Origin: Paragordius varius
Taxonomy: Eukaryota > Animalia > Nematomorpha
NCBI GenBank assembly: GCA_964247055.1
Contig: OZ176052.1
Span: 434,001-498,000 of the forward strand
Length of the DNA: 64,000 nt
Reading direction: 5' to 3'
This document shows positions 40,291 to 52,341 of this stretch, piece after piece (the first letter of the stretch is position 1; each line of letters starts with the position of its first letter). The notes beneath the pieces are model-generated. The model made no database searches. It saw only the letters and a list, made by a program, of their open reading frames with translations, and had not been told where the DNA came from. The position numbers and the translations under genes were made by a program.

Positions 40291-40720
40291 ACAAATCAAT
40301 CACTATTATCCCTCTTTTTATGATAAAAATATTGTTTCGCTAGATTTATTTTAAATTTTACTAAGTTCATGATACAATCGTTAATTTTTAAAAAATTATA
40401 GTTTCAATTTTTCTACCAATATTATTTTATAATTTATAAGTATGTTTCTCATTTGTATTTTTTGGTCCATAATGTTATTTTTATTTTTGGAGATTTGGTT
40501 CCTGGTATAAATACTAAAGTGGCCTGATATCGATACACATTACTGGAATTGTTTAAAACCTTTTTTAACAAACACAACATATTTATAACTCATAATATCA
40601 ATTCACCAATTTTTTAAACTTAAAAAAATTTCATTTTTTCTATGATAATTTTTTTATAAAATTTGTTAAAATTTTATCTGTTTGAAAAAAAAATGTTTCT
40701 AAATTGATTTTAATGATTGT

Positions 40721-40874
40721 GTTTGGGCCACTCCTGGAGGTACTGCAATACCAGGTTGACCCGATGGGGAGGGATAGGCAAGCCCAGAGCGCCTCCCCAA
40801 AATCTCCAAAAATAAATTTAATATCATGGACCTCTTTAGAGGTCGTATCAGATATTAAGCTGATAAGAACAGAT
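40721..40874 (-). ncRNA. U2: Well-preserved U2 snRNA 3' part (nt about 38 to end), disrupted by Utopia
   Basis: atctgttcttatcagcttaatatctgatacgacctctaaagaggtcc, Sm site atttttgg, SL IV cctggtattgcagtacctccagg. Confidence 0.95.
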
Positions 40875-43800
40875 TTTAATTTATTTACATAATATATATA
40901 TAATAATAAAAAAAAAGATGCATGTGTTTAATTATAATATATTTTTATATTAGATTGATCAATGATGGCAATGAAGTGGTGATTTACAAATTATTTAAAA
41001 TTTATAATAAATATTGTAATAAAAATATTTTACGTGTAAAAAAAATAACCTCCAGTGGAGGAAAAAAAAAATAGGAGAGAAAAACCCCGGACGGGGTTAG
41101 AAAAAAACTCTCCCAAAGGAATCTTTGTTGGATCCTGTTGGTTGGTTTGAATCTAGCACAATTCCGTTTTCGTTCGACGTCTGTTGTATTGGTGGGGGAT
41201 CAACGAAGGTAGCAGCGTCTTGTCCTGGCGTCATTTGAGATGTTGATTGGAAGTGATCATCGTTGGTTGAGTTGAAGGTTGTTTCGGCAGTTGTTAGTGA
41301 ATTGACTTGATTAGGTTTGGTTGAGGCGTTCGTTACACTGTCGGGAGGTTCGACTCCATTTTTAAACTCGTACCAGAGCCGTGATGAGTGTCGTATTGTA
41401 GAACTTATCATCAGGCTTCTGAGCCGAGAAATAGAGGAACTAGTAATATTCTTCAAACCTTCGTCGTTTTTGGGGAACCATGATCCTAGACTTCCGACAA
41501 CCAGTGGGAGTATCTTGACTTCGTTTGAGTTATTAGACAATAAGGGAATCAAAGGGGTATATTTTTCTACCTTATTGTCCCAAGCCGAAGCCAAGGCCGC
41601 CCACCGATCATCGAAAGGACAGGTCACGTCGATGATGTATATAATGCCGCGGAATTTAATTACTAAGTCAGGTTTGGGGAGGGAGGCTGGGTAGGAATTC
41701 TCGGACATGATTTCAGCGCCACAAGATAAATGTGTTTTTAGTATAGTGACGATGGAATCATGCCGAGATCTCCATGAACGCGAAAATCTTAAACAATGGT
41801 TAAAAATATGGGGTAGAGTTTCGGGATGGCGCCCGCATCGCCGACAGGAGGGGTTATGAGAGGAGCCGGGTCGAGTGTTTGTTGGAAGTAAATTAAGGCG
41901 AGCTCGATGGATAAATCTCCAATCTCGGAAAGAAATGCCTGAACCGGTTGTAATAAATGAAGAGCTGGCTTTGTGTAGGGAGGCTGCCTCGATGGCACGA
42001 CCTTGCGAAGGACACGCGATAAGATTTTTTAAAAACGAATTAGTGAACTTAGAGTAAATTGTACGAACTAGCGCGCGACGGGAGAACGGGTCAATGTTGA
42101 AGTTATCACCTTTTATATAGAAGTGGGAATTGGAGTATTCCCATTGGAGGTTGAGTCGCTTGGATGCCAAGCGAGATTGACTGAAGATGTTGGAAACACC
42201 AAAGGAATTTAAATTGTTAGAACCTGAGAGAAATTCGGAAATATCGGATTCAGAAGGGGTTTCGATTTTAACCCTTTGGGAAATGGTAGCTAAAAGGGTG
42301 GAAAAGGCGTGTTGGGAAATGGACGGATCAGAGCTGGAGAGAAGTTTAAAAGCTGAATCTAATCTGTAGATATCGGAAAGAAGGGATGTTTTGGGAATAC
42401 CTAGACCGCCTTTAGAGACTGGAATATAAAAGTAGTTTGTGGAGGCTCCCTGGGGAAGCGATGTGATTTTCCTTATTATATTACGAATTCGGGAATCTAT
42501 TTTATTTAAGTCAGATTTAGACACCGATCCCATACGAAATTTATGGGTCAGTGTTGGGAAAACAAATGTTTTTAAGGCATCTAGAATCTGCCATGGTTTC
42601 AGGTTAGATGAAACTATGGTTTCTATTGCCAATAGGAGATCCGATAAGTTGTCTGGTGGAACCAGCAAGCCTATCGGTTTTCCAAGGTAATCGTGGGCCT
42701 GGCCTTCCTGCAAAGAAGGAACCACATGTCCATCTATTTCTAGATGTAAAGTGGATAACCCTCCCTGAGTAGGCTGATAATTTAGTAGTTTGGATTTATG
42801 CGGGTTGATTTGAATTCCAAGCTGGTCAAGAAGTGATTTGGCTAAACTTGCACTATATTTAATATTATCATTATTATTAGATATGATCACCAAGTCATCA
42901 GCATAAGCGAGACAGGTGGTGTCATGAGTGTTGTTCAAGGAGGATATCAGGGGATTGATGACTAAATTAAAAAGAAGTGGGGAAATAGGACATCCTTGGC
43001 GAGTTCCTCTTTTAAGAAAAATGGGGTCGGATAGGGCTCCTTCGTTTAGAATACGAGTGGAGGAATCAAAGAAAAGATAAGAAAGAATTGAAAACAAATT
43101 TTCAGAAATACCTATACCACGAAGGGCCGCCGAGATAGCGCTATGGGGGACTGAATCAAAAGCTGAAGCCACATCGAGCCACAGAAGGATGCATGGACGT
43201 CGATGTTGTCTGGCAGAGGACAGTTTTTCTGAAATGAGGAAATTATGTTCGAGAACTCCATCATAAGGCATAAATCCTTTCTGCTGGGGGGAAACAATGT
43301 TGTTTTTGGACAGGTAGGTCGCGAGAGACTTGGAAATAATCTTTGCAAAGATTCTATAGCTGGTATCTAGGAGAGAAATGGGCCTAAAATTGGCGGGGTT
43401 ATCGGCGTTGCCCGACTTGTATATAGGAATTAAAGTAGAGACTTTCCAGGCCGTCGGGATAAATCCAGAGGATAGAACTTTGTTGAATATAAGTGATAGG
43501 ACCCTGAAGTTTGGATCAATTAAAAGCCAATGTCTAGCTGCTATTCTGTCCGGTCCCGCCGATGAGTTGAGGCAAGATTTGACAGCAACTTGGATACTAG
43601 GTTGGTCGATTGATGGAATATCAAAAGTATTTGGGGATACTGTGCAATACAAGTGACCAAAGTCTTTCTCTTCACAACTTGCCCAAAGAGACTTATAATG
43701 TTGTAGTTGTTCGGTAATAGGAGCAGAGCAAAATTTGCGGGTCGGATTGAGTAAGTTTCGAATCGTTCTCTTTTTGTTCCGGTTATATTGTTTTTGTATA

Positions 43801-43976
43801 GAATATGGCGTTTTGTTTTTAGCTGTATTTATAGTAGATGTCTTCGGAAGTAGAGATAATTTATCTTGTATTGTTTGTATTATTGAATTGTAAATAATGT
43901 CAAAATCTTCCTGAGTCTCTGACACATCGATCGAGGATGCAATCGACTCTATTTCCAGTCTGCAATTATTAGGATT
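40875..43976 (-). mobile_element. Utopia (U2-targeting NeSL-group non-LTR retrotransposon), 5'-truncated, lineage A
   Basis: RT + CCHC + REL ORF, about 220-bp AT-rich 3' UTR, 3' junction at U2 ATCTGTTCTT. Confidence 0.9.
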
Positions 43977-43991
43977 AAAACGTATGCCCAT
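41097..43991 (-). CDS. 964-aa reverse transcriptase with zinc knuckle and restriction-like endonuclease
   Basis: GPD, QKGF, LDVASAFDSV, GTRQGCPISPLLFNL, LAYADDL, YLG, KGGLG, CRRCGRHPETLPHIFNHC, RHD, KPDLV..IIDVTCPFD..KVEKY; no N-terminal zinc fingers seen. Confidence 0.95.
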   Translation of the reverse strand: MGIRFNPNNCRLEIESIASSIDVSETQEDFDIIYNSIIQTIQDKLSLLPKTSTINTAKNKTPYSIQKQYNRNKKRTIRNLLNPTRKFCSAPITEQLQHYKSLWASCEEKDFGHLYCTVSPNTFDIPSIDQPSIQVAVKSCLNSSAGPDRIAARHWLLIDPNFRVLSLIFNKVLSSGFIPTAWKVSTLIPIYKSGNADNPANFRPISLLDTSYRIFAKIISKSLATYLSKNNIVSPQQKGFMPYDGVLEHNFLISEKLSSARQHRRPCILLWLDVASAFDSVPHSAISAALRGIGISENLFSILSYLFFDSSTRILNEGALSDPIFLKRGTRQGCPISPLLFNLVINPLISSLNNTHDTTCLAYADDLVIISNNNDNIKYSASLAKSLLDQLGIQINPHKSKLLNYQPTQGGLSTLHLEIDGHVVPSLQEGQAHDYLGKPIGLLVPPDNLSDLLLAIETIVSSNLKPWQILDALKTFVFPTLTHKFRMGSVSKSDLNKIDSRIRNIIRKITSLPQGASTNYFYIPVSKGGLGIPKTSLLSDIYRLDSAFKLLSSSDPSISQHAFSTLLATISQRVKIETPSESDISEFLSGSNNLNSFGVSNIFSQSRLASKRLNLQWEYSNSHFYIKGDNFNIDPFSRRALVRTIYSKFTNSFLKNLIACPSQGRAIEAASLHKASSSFITTGSGISFRDWRFIHRARLNLLPTNTRPGSSHNPSCRRCGRHPETLPHIFNHCLRFSRSWRSRHDSIVTILKTHLSCGAEIMSENSYPASLPKPDLVIKFRGIIYIIDVTCPFDDRWAALASAWDNKVEKYTPLIPLLSNNSNEVKILPLVVGSLGSWFPKNDEGLKNITSSSISRLRSLMISSTIRHSSRLWYEFKNGVEPPDSVTNASTKPNQVNSLTTAETTFNSTNDDHFQSTSQMTPGQDAATFVDPPPIQQTSNENGIVLDSNQPTGSNKDSFGRVFF

Positions 43992-46137
43992 TCCAATTGC
44001 AATAGTAAAAATTAATCAATCATTTATCAATACGCCGACTTTATATTAGGCCCTCTGTTTTGTTCCACCCCGTGTAAAAATCGGGTTTTTCCAAAAAATA
44101 GAAGTCCGATTTTAAGTTTGAACGACGTTTCCGAAAAACGTGTGGGCCAGGTTTAATAAAGTACTTTTTGTATTTAGTATGCCCTTTTTGATAATTATCC
44201 CCTCACGTTTAGCCATACACTTATAAAAATAGGGTTTATTAAATAAGTGAATTTTGAGACAGATAATACACAAATATGCATCCGTTCAATAAAGTCCAAA
44301 TTTTTACACTTGTATACAAGCCATTCATTTCAGTCCTTCGATTAAAATTGGGTTAGTTGGATACCTCAGGCCTGTTTAAAATTAAATAATTTAAATTATA
44401 CAGAAGGAATCGAAACTGGCAAAATTTTGCACAAAGCGAAATATATAATAAATTTTATTCAAAAATACTAAATATTTCTTTTTTAATGTAAAACTCAAAG
44501 GTAAAAATATAATCAATGTAACATATGTGCATTGACTAAATTGAATAATAATACATAATAAACCATTCTTGCTATTTCTATTAATAAAAATTAGCTTTAA
44601 TTTCACATTAGAATCAACGAAACACTTTGCAATTTTTTTGTAAAATAAAAATGGCATTTAGGTAGTTTGAAAATAAACTTTTTTTTCAAATTGAACTTTT
44701 ATTTAGATAATTTGGCTCTTTTATAAAATTTTTATTAGGTAGAAGCATAAATTTAAATTGGACTGTTTACTTCAGTAGTTTTTTAGAAATATATTTTAAA
44801 TTTAGTTTGGGGTATTTAAATACCCCAATTTGAATCTAAGTGTTAAGTACGTTAAATGTGCATTATGCATTTTATGGTTGCTTATTTTACATTGGGCGAT
44901 TCACAACACAGTAGTGTATGGAAAAAAGAAATAATTTATTAACCATTTTGTTGTTTTTCTATACAATACTGCACATATTTCCAAACCCTTGTGGATTAAG
45001 CAACCATTAAAATGCCGACTGTAAAATGTTTTCTATGCTTAAGTACCATTAATTTACTTTAATTTTATAGCTAATAAATATTTTTTACATTTTAGTGGCC
45101 TTTGTAATTTTTATCAAATATATATATATATATATATTTTCAGTCTTATTCGGGATTTTACAATAAAAAAATAATGCGGATAAAAGGTCGAAGAATGTAA
45201 ATATCCTAAAATAATTTCTCGCTAATTGCCGCACAAACTTTAAAAGTGATATGGACCTATTATTATAGATATAATATGGCTTTGGTTAAATATATAAAAA
45301 CCGGTCTCAAAAATCGTATGTTTTGCAAACCCTTTCAGAATTTAAACTGCCAATTATATACATCATGTTCTATAAATACTACTTTTTATCTTAAAGGAGT
45401 TTAACCAAAAAGATACAAAAAAAGTTTTTCCATAAATAAAGATAGTTGGTAAATTTAATTTGTGATAAGCTTCAGTTTAACACATTTTTTTAAAAATCAT
45501 GATAGCTTGGCACAAATTATCCTAAGCCGTTTTAAATTTGTTTTTTACTTTTAGGAGGGTTTGCACAAAATTTTAAACGAAGTTTTAATATATCCTGATC
45601 AGGTTTTTATTAAAATTCTTACTTTTTATTTATTATGTAATAGAATAATCCAGAATGTTGCATGTATAAAATTACCATATACAACATTGATGCAAATCCT
45701 TTAGCAAAATGGAAATTTCCGATGTGCTCTTCATAAAAATGATAAATAAATAATTTAATCGTGATTTTCGTTAAAGTGCATAGAAGATCGATTTGTATAG
45801 ACAATAGCGAATTTGATTCAAATTAAGAATGAATTAAAGTTTGGTTTTCGGATTGGATTCCGATGCAATTGGGCTGAAGGCTGGGGGCGCATTTCCTGCA
45901 ACAATTGAAATGGCAAGCTAAAATATTTTTAAATAAAATATTTTTTAAAGCATAAATTATCAAAATGCATAGTTGTAATGTTATATTTAAATAATAAGTT
46001 TATTATATATTTGAGAAAAAAAAGTTTTTTTAATGAAACATGAATGGTTGGTGTAACAGACAAAGACGGTTTCCAAACTAAAATGCTGGTAAAAATAAAA
46101 ATTCAAGCAATAAAACTCAATTATAAAAAACTTTTCT
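43977..46137. repeat. Segment S1, near-identical inverted duplicate of 58988-61148
   Basis: Mirrored identical ORFs (44391-44657 = 60468-60734; 45619-45804 = 59321-59506); both copies 2161 bp. Confidence 0.95.
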
Positions 46138-46561
46138 AGCAAAATATCGCAAAAACGATCACAATTTGCTCGCCATAAAATCTTGCAGTAAGCAAAAGTA
46201 CTTAAATAATGCATTTTCCAAATCTCAAAAAGTATCTTTATCTGGAAAGGTCTTAGAACCAACAACCAATGCAAATACTATTCATATAAATAATCCCAAA
46301 TTAATACGAAATCAAAATCCGATTGTTTCAAATACACCATTTTGTCAAGGTTATCAATCGACAAACTCAAATTATAACATTGCAATCGACTCGTCTACAT
46401 TTCATCAAGACTTTCATTATTTAAATCAGAGGACTCTATTACCACAATCTGAAATTTACGGCTTTCATAAAACATATATGCAAATTTGAATAAAAACATT
46501 GTATTTATACATAAAATTTATTTAGTGAATAAATTTTTTACGAAAATCATGCCGGTCATAC

Positions 46562-46597
<36 letters not shown>

Positions 46598-47752
46598 ATT
46601 TACAATTCTAATTCACCCTTAACTAATTCACCCTAAAAATAAATTGTGTTTTCGGGCAAATTTTCATCATTATAAAAAAGCAAATTCTAATGGCATAAAT
46701 TATTATTTTTTCAGTAATATGTTAATTTTAAACGAAATTTTATTTTTTAAAAATATTAAAAAATATAGGTATTTTTTAATCTAAAAAAACACATTTTATT
46801 TTGGAATGAATTTAAATTGTTCGAGGGTGAATTTGAATCGTTCAAGGGTGAATTTAAATTTTAAATGGTATATGTATATATATAGAACAATTTAGTAGAA
46901 TAGATTGAAGACCTCCAAATTTACAATGTATTTTTTATAGATATTTAAACATATAAATAAAGTTTATAAGATTATAAATAATAAGGGTTCTTTTGAAGAA
47001 TTCTGAATTATGTAAGTATCTTTTTGATGTAAATTTATATCACATTGCCTTAATAAAATTATTACGTAAAAACTTTCAAATTAGTTACTGCCTTATATTA
47101 TTAACACTTGAGAACCCTTGCTTCAAATACATAAGAAGGTGTTCCGATTGCTATAAACTTGTTTGTTGTTTGTATAAATATTATAAAAAACGATACACAT
47201 ATAGACAGGAAGGTATTTTAAAGTAAAATTTATGTACAAGTATAAGCGAATTAAAACAAACGACTTATTTTATAATTATTAATAATTAGCTGTCAAAATG
47301 TAATAAAAAAGATTTTAATAATTTTTATACTAAAAGTCTGAAATAAGGATCCTTAAGCATTTATTTACTGATTTTAGATATCGTTCCAGGGTAAAAAACT
47401 GCCCTAAAAAAGTATACGGATCATCATATAATTTATTTGTTACTGACATTTTCCTAATACTAAATGATTAATAAAGATCTGAGGAATAGTACAGTAGCGT
47501 ATACAGTAAAAGATTATTAGTGCAAAATAATCTTAATGAACACAAAACAGGGTGATATTATGGATATGTTTATAAATAGGACTGAATGATAATTAATATA
47601 TGAAAATTGTCCCCCTGTTTTGTGTTCATTAAGATTATTTTTCACTAACAATCTTTTACTGCATACGCTACTGTAAATAGAGTTAAACCCTTTTTATGCG
47701 TATTTTTCTGTGAGTTAGCTCGTTTTACCTCTTTTTTTAATAAATGATTTTA
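46138..47752. repeat. Segment S2, inverted duplicate of 53839-55501
   Basis: Mirrored identical ORFs (46166-46489 = 55150-55473; 46993-47226 = 54365-54598); the 48-bp length difference lies in the (TA)n tract. Confidence 0.95.
47492..47673. mobile_element. 182-bp Tc1-like MITE with about 70-bp TIRs (mirror copy 53918-54099)
   Basis: TA|CAGTAGCGTATACAG...CTGCATACGCTACTG|TA. Confidence 0.75.
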
Positions 47753-50700
47753 ATTTTTGTGCAACGCTATTTATGGCATATCACGTTTTAACTTTTTTCC
47801 CACAAATCAATTAAAACGTTTTTTTTTCATTTATTTGTGTTAACAGTAAAATTGTATAATCTTTATTATATTTAAGCGTACTTTTCATAAGCGTTTTAGA
47901 CCCAAGGTCCGAGGGTGAGTAATATTTGGAGTCATTCGCGTTATTTTCAGTTTGCAAAATTGTTATTGTTAAATCCCAAAAAACCGCTATTACGTAATAC
48001 CGATAACAAAATAAAATTATAAAAATGGCTGTGATGTATTTTGAGGTTAAGCACCCGTTAATAAATGGGTTTAATAATTATGGATGAATATTAGGAAGTA
48101 TCGCCAAAAAGTGGGTTTAATTAACTTGAATACCAGAAATTCAATAAAATTATTTGGGAAACAGGCGCGGATTCATCCTTGTTGAGATAATTAATAAAAT
48201 CGTACATATGTAAATTTATGTATGTTTGTTTTAAAAAGTGACTCAAATTTTGTTGCAAAACCGTCTGACATCAACAAAATTTTAATATTCCCCCATCTCC
48301 AAAAGACATAAATAAGCGAATGTGATGGAGAGCCATTAAAGAAAGTTGAAAATCCGATTTATAAAATCAACATTGGACTGCATGCCATATTTAAAGATAC
48401 TGAATTCGATTTAGGCAGATATATCGCAAATTAATAATTTTATTATGTTAATAACGTGAGAAATTTTTCCAGACCGTATCATGCATCAGAAAGAAATAAA
48501 GATATTGATTTATGGAACATCATCTATCATCTAAAAAACAACTCACTCAGTTACACTAATTTGCATATTTTAATGCCCATATAAATATTTTATTGTCGTT
48601 TTAAAGTGATTAAAAATCAGTGTGAAAAAAATTATATTTTATAAACAGACACAACAAAAAATAGGCGATGAAAATAATAAAAAACAGTGGGCATGAAAAT
48701 CCAAGCTTGTCTTAAGTTCAGAGTCTACCTCACTCAAAATAGCCTAAAATCCAAACGCTAAAAACCATTTTATTTTTTGAAACAATATAAATTAAACTAC
48801 GATTATGGTCTGACGATTTTAAATTGTAGGTTTAATGGCTTCTAAATATACAAAAAAGATTAATTTCATACAAATATAATTTTGCTAGGACAATAGATAA
48901 TCTTGATAGTGTGTAAAAATTAAAAAGTAATCGGTGATAAATATACTTGTAATGACGGCATTTGGAATACAGTGTAACGCTTTTGACAGACATTTTAATA
49001 TTTAAAAATCATTTGCATTTCAACGAAATAAATGTTTAATATAATTTGAAACATAAATAATTTATTTTCCAGAACGAAAACATCAGTAATCAGCAAAAAG
49101 CCGCCATATAGGTAAATAGTAAATATTTTAAGCGATTATTGTTTTACAAAACTTTTTTATCAATTATTGTATTTTAGCGATTTTTCAATAAAATCTTGTT
49201 TTAATGATAAGGCCCAATTGAAAATTATGAGGAAATCAGTTTTTGAAACAATATGTTTATTAAGTCGCTTATTTACAACTCTACAAGATTTTCTTTTACA
49301 ATCTTTTAGCATTTCTTATGTTATTCATAATAGAGTGGTGCTCTACTGTAATTTTAGTTAATATGAATCACAAGTTGAATACGTGTTAATAAAAAAGATT
49401 GAGCAATGAAAACTAAAACATATTTTAAGTTTCAATTACGTTTATACATTTTTCTTTTCCCTAAAATATTCTAATGAAGAGAAGGCATGCCCATAATAAT
49501 AGTATATGCAATATAAAATTTGCACACATGGAAAAGAGTAATTTTCATGAAGTGCAGAAATTTATTTATCTTTTTAGGTATTTTTACATCTTAAAGAAAA
49601 AAATAAAAACACATTTGGTCGCATAAATTCTCAATTGATATTATTTTCCCTTCTATAAATAAAGAAAAGAATTACCGGCTTTATTTTTCGCTTATTTTTA
49701 TATGGTAATTTATTAAATAAATGTATATCAATATTTTTGTGAATTTTTTTAATTTACAATCTGCATAAGTTACAAATGATTTTATTATCTGCATTATTAC
49801 ATTTTTTCGCGGCATCTGCAACAAAGTTTTTTTTTCCATTTTAATTATATTTTATTTTATATACAGTCATGTATATGTAGAATTGACAGAAATTCGTTTT
49901 TAAATGATTATAATTTGTTTTTAATTGTTTTATTGTTTGATGTGTCAACTTTCAACATGCGCATTTTTAAGCATTAAAATAAAAATAGCTTATTTATTGT
50001 AAACAATAAAAAACAAAGTAAAATCAATTAAAAACGTATATCTGACAATTCTAAACATACATGACTGTAATCATTTTTCATAATTTTAAGCCCTTATTTT
50101 ATATCGTTTAATTCCAAATTTGAATCTATCTTAAATGGTTACTATTGGAGATTTGCCTTATTCTTCAAGTTAATTATGCACCATTTAAAAGTTATATTCC
50201 TCGCGCTTTAAATATAAAACAGTATCAAAAACTATATTTTCTCTTTCATTATCAAATTTACGGATTTATATTTTTACAATTTATTCTTGTATTAGTACAA
50301 ATAATTTTTATATATCGTTATATATAATAAAATATTTTTTTACCGTAGAAAATTGATGCAAATTACATGTATTCTTTTGGAGATTGTTTTATTTGAAAAA
50401 CACTAGAAATTATTCTAATATCCTAGTCAAAATTTTTTTTTATATTTAAAATCATATTCATCATCCCAACATTTGTATAGAATTATAATAATAATAAATT
50501 TATTGTGTGATATTTACAATATATAATGCTGGATATGGATAATATAATAAATACAGGTAAATTAACACACAGAGATAATGTATATACAAACAAAATTCTA
50601 AAACAAATGGATATAATGTGTATAGAAAGCATCTATATAAAAATGGTGAAAATGTGAGAGCAACATTGTAAAATTATCACAATTTGTAACAAAATATAGA

Positions 50701-50840
50701 GTAATTGGTATCATTCGATAGCTAAAAAAATGCCTTTTTCAACTATTTAAATTCGAAAAAAGAATATAAAGGTGAAAATAATGCCTCAAATTCCGGAAGG
50801 AAATAAATTTATATTGAAGAATGAAAATTTGTATGTGGTT

Positions 50841-50867
50841 ATCGCTTCTCGGCCTCTTGGCTAAGAT
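50841..50867 (+). ncRNA. U2: U2 snRNA 5' fragment (nt 1-27), truncated at a duplication breakpoint
   Basis: ATCGCTTCTCGGCCTCTTGGCTAAGAT differs from canonical U2 nt 1-27 at one position. Confidence 0.9.
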
Positions 50868-52050
50868 TTTTGGAAATGAAACCACAATCAAATCATTAAC
50901 CTTAAAAAAAAATTAACCGACTTCATATTTGGACAGTATTTTTTCGGCCACTATACCGGACTAACTCTATTATTTGAAAAATGGTTTTTTTTACATGTTT
51001 TGAAAACTGTTTTAACTAACCTGTACATTGTAATCCCTGTCTTCTGAGACCTAAAAGTAATTTTTTACAGGAAAGGCAAATGGTCGGAACATAATATGTA
51101 TGAGCTTCTAGATTGTGGCTTATTCCACGCGTTCGTCTTTCGGAATCTTGACAGATATTAAAGAAAATATCAAATTAAAGCGTTTTATAAAATATAATGT
51201 GTAAATAATTATACCAATGTCTTCTGGGGCAGTTGTGGATTTTATTCCGAATTCACTCTATTATAATATAAAAAAAATGCGTTTAAGTGACCAAAGCGTG
51301 TGGTTTAATAGAGAAATTATAATTACAGTAAAAATGAAAATTATACGGACAAATAAAAATAAAGACAAATATTTTTATCTAAATGACAACCATACTTTTA
51401 ATCTTTTTATAGCAATATATCATTGTTTTAAATGGCAAAAAGAGAAGAGATTATAATACTAACACAATCCATATTACAATTGTATATGAGAAGAATTAAG
51501 GTTTTAAAAAGTTAATTGTCTTTTAAAAAATATTTGTCCTTAAATTTTTACGTTATGTCCGTATAATTTCAATTTTTATTGTAATTACAGTAAATATGGA
51601 AATTATACAGACAAAATATAAGCAATTTTCAAGGTCAAATTTAACCTTAGCCCAAATTAGTAACACACTCAATTCTAAATTTCAAAATTGTAATTAGTTT
51701 ATATGGGTAAAATAAAAGTTTGAAAAGGTATGGTTGTTATATTTTTAAAAATAATTGTCTTTTGCTTTTATGATGTTATCTGTAAAATCTCAATTTTTAT
51801 TGTTAAAAAAATATATGTTTAAAAACTCTTTTTATTGTCAACACACTTGGTCATATACCAAACGTTACTGTATTTTGATATAATGGTATTTTGGCCAAAT
51901 TAATAAGCGTTTATCTATATAGCAATGCAAAACCGGATCTACCGTCTTATTTTTAACGATATGTGGCTTTATAATGTCTAATTAAAAATTCAAAAACCAT
52001 AACATAACATATCAGCGGTCAAATGGATTGAAAATTTTAAATAACTAAAC

Positions 52051-52341
52051 CTTGCCGACAGGATTAGATATAATTCGACCAGCTGTTGTGTCTCCCAAAT
52101 TATTTGAATCCTCTTGGTTATTTCTCGAATAATTATTCCTTTGCTTAAATAATTGGCTTTGGGAACAATCGTTTGGGACTTTTGTGGCACACCTTTTATG
52201 AAACGGCCTTCCACATCCACTGCACTTTAGTCCTTGGAGAATAAGACCAAAAATCATGGTACCGCAAAAATCACAAAAAGCTGGACTTGTAAAACAATGC
52301 GCATGCAATGAATGTGGGCAAGAATTATAATTTGGTTGCAT
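52051..52341 (-). CDS. Duplicate C1a exon of the PKD-like gene; duplicate C1b exons at 51021-51146 and 45823-45917
   Basis: Reverse complement of 57337-57627, 58532-58657 and 59208-59302. Confidence 0.7.

Noticed and set aside
41317-43656. Plus-strand ORFs overlapping the RT ORF
   Set aside because: Antisense shadows with no recognisable motifs
41097-43991. Group II intron, retron or Keno (Tx1-clade) U2-targeting element
   Set aside because: LAYADD RT followed by CCHC and a PD..D..K REL domain, with no APE domain, fits the NeSL/Utopia group
50841-50867. Intact U2 gene
   Set aside because: Similarity stops at nt 27; no complete U2 exists in the window
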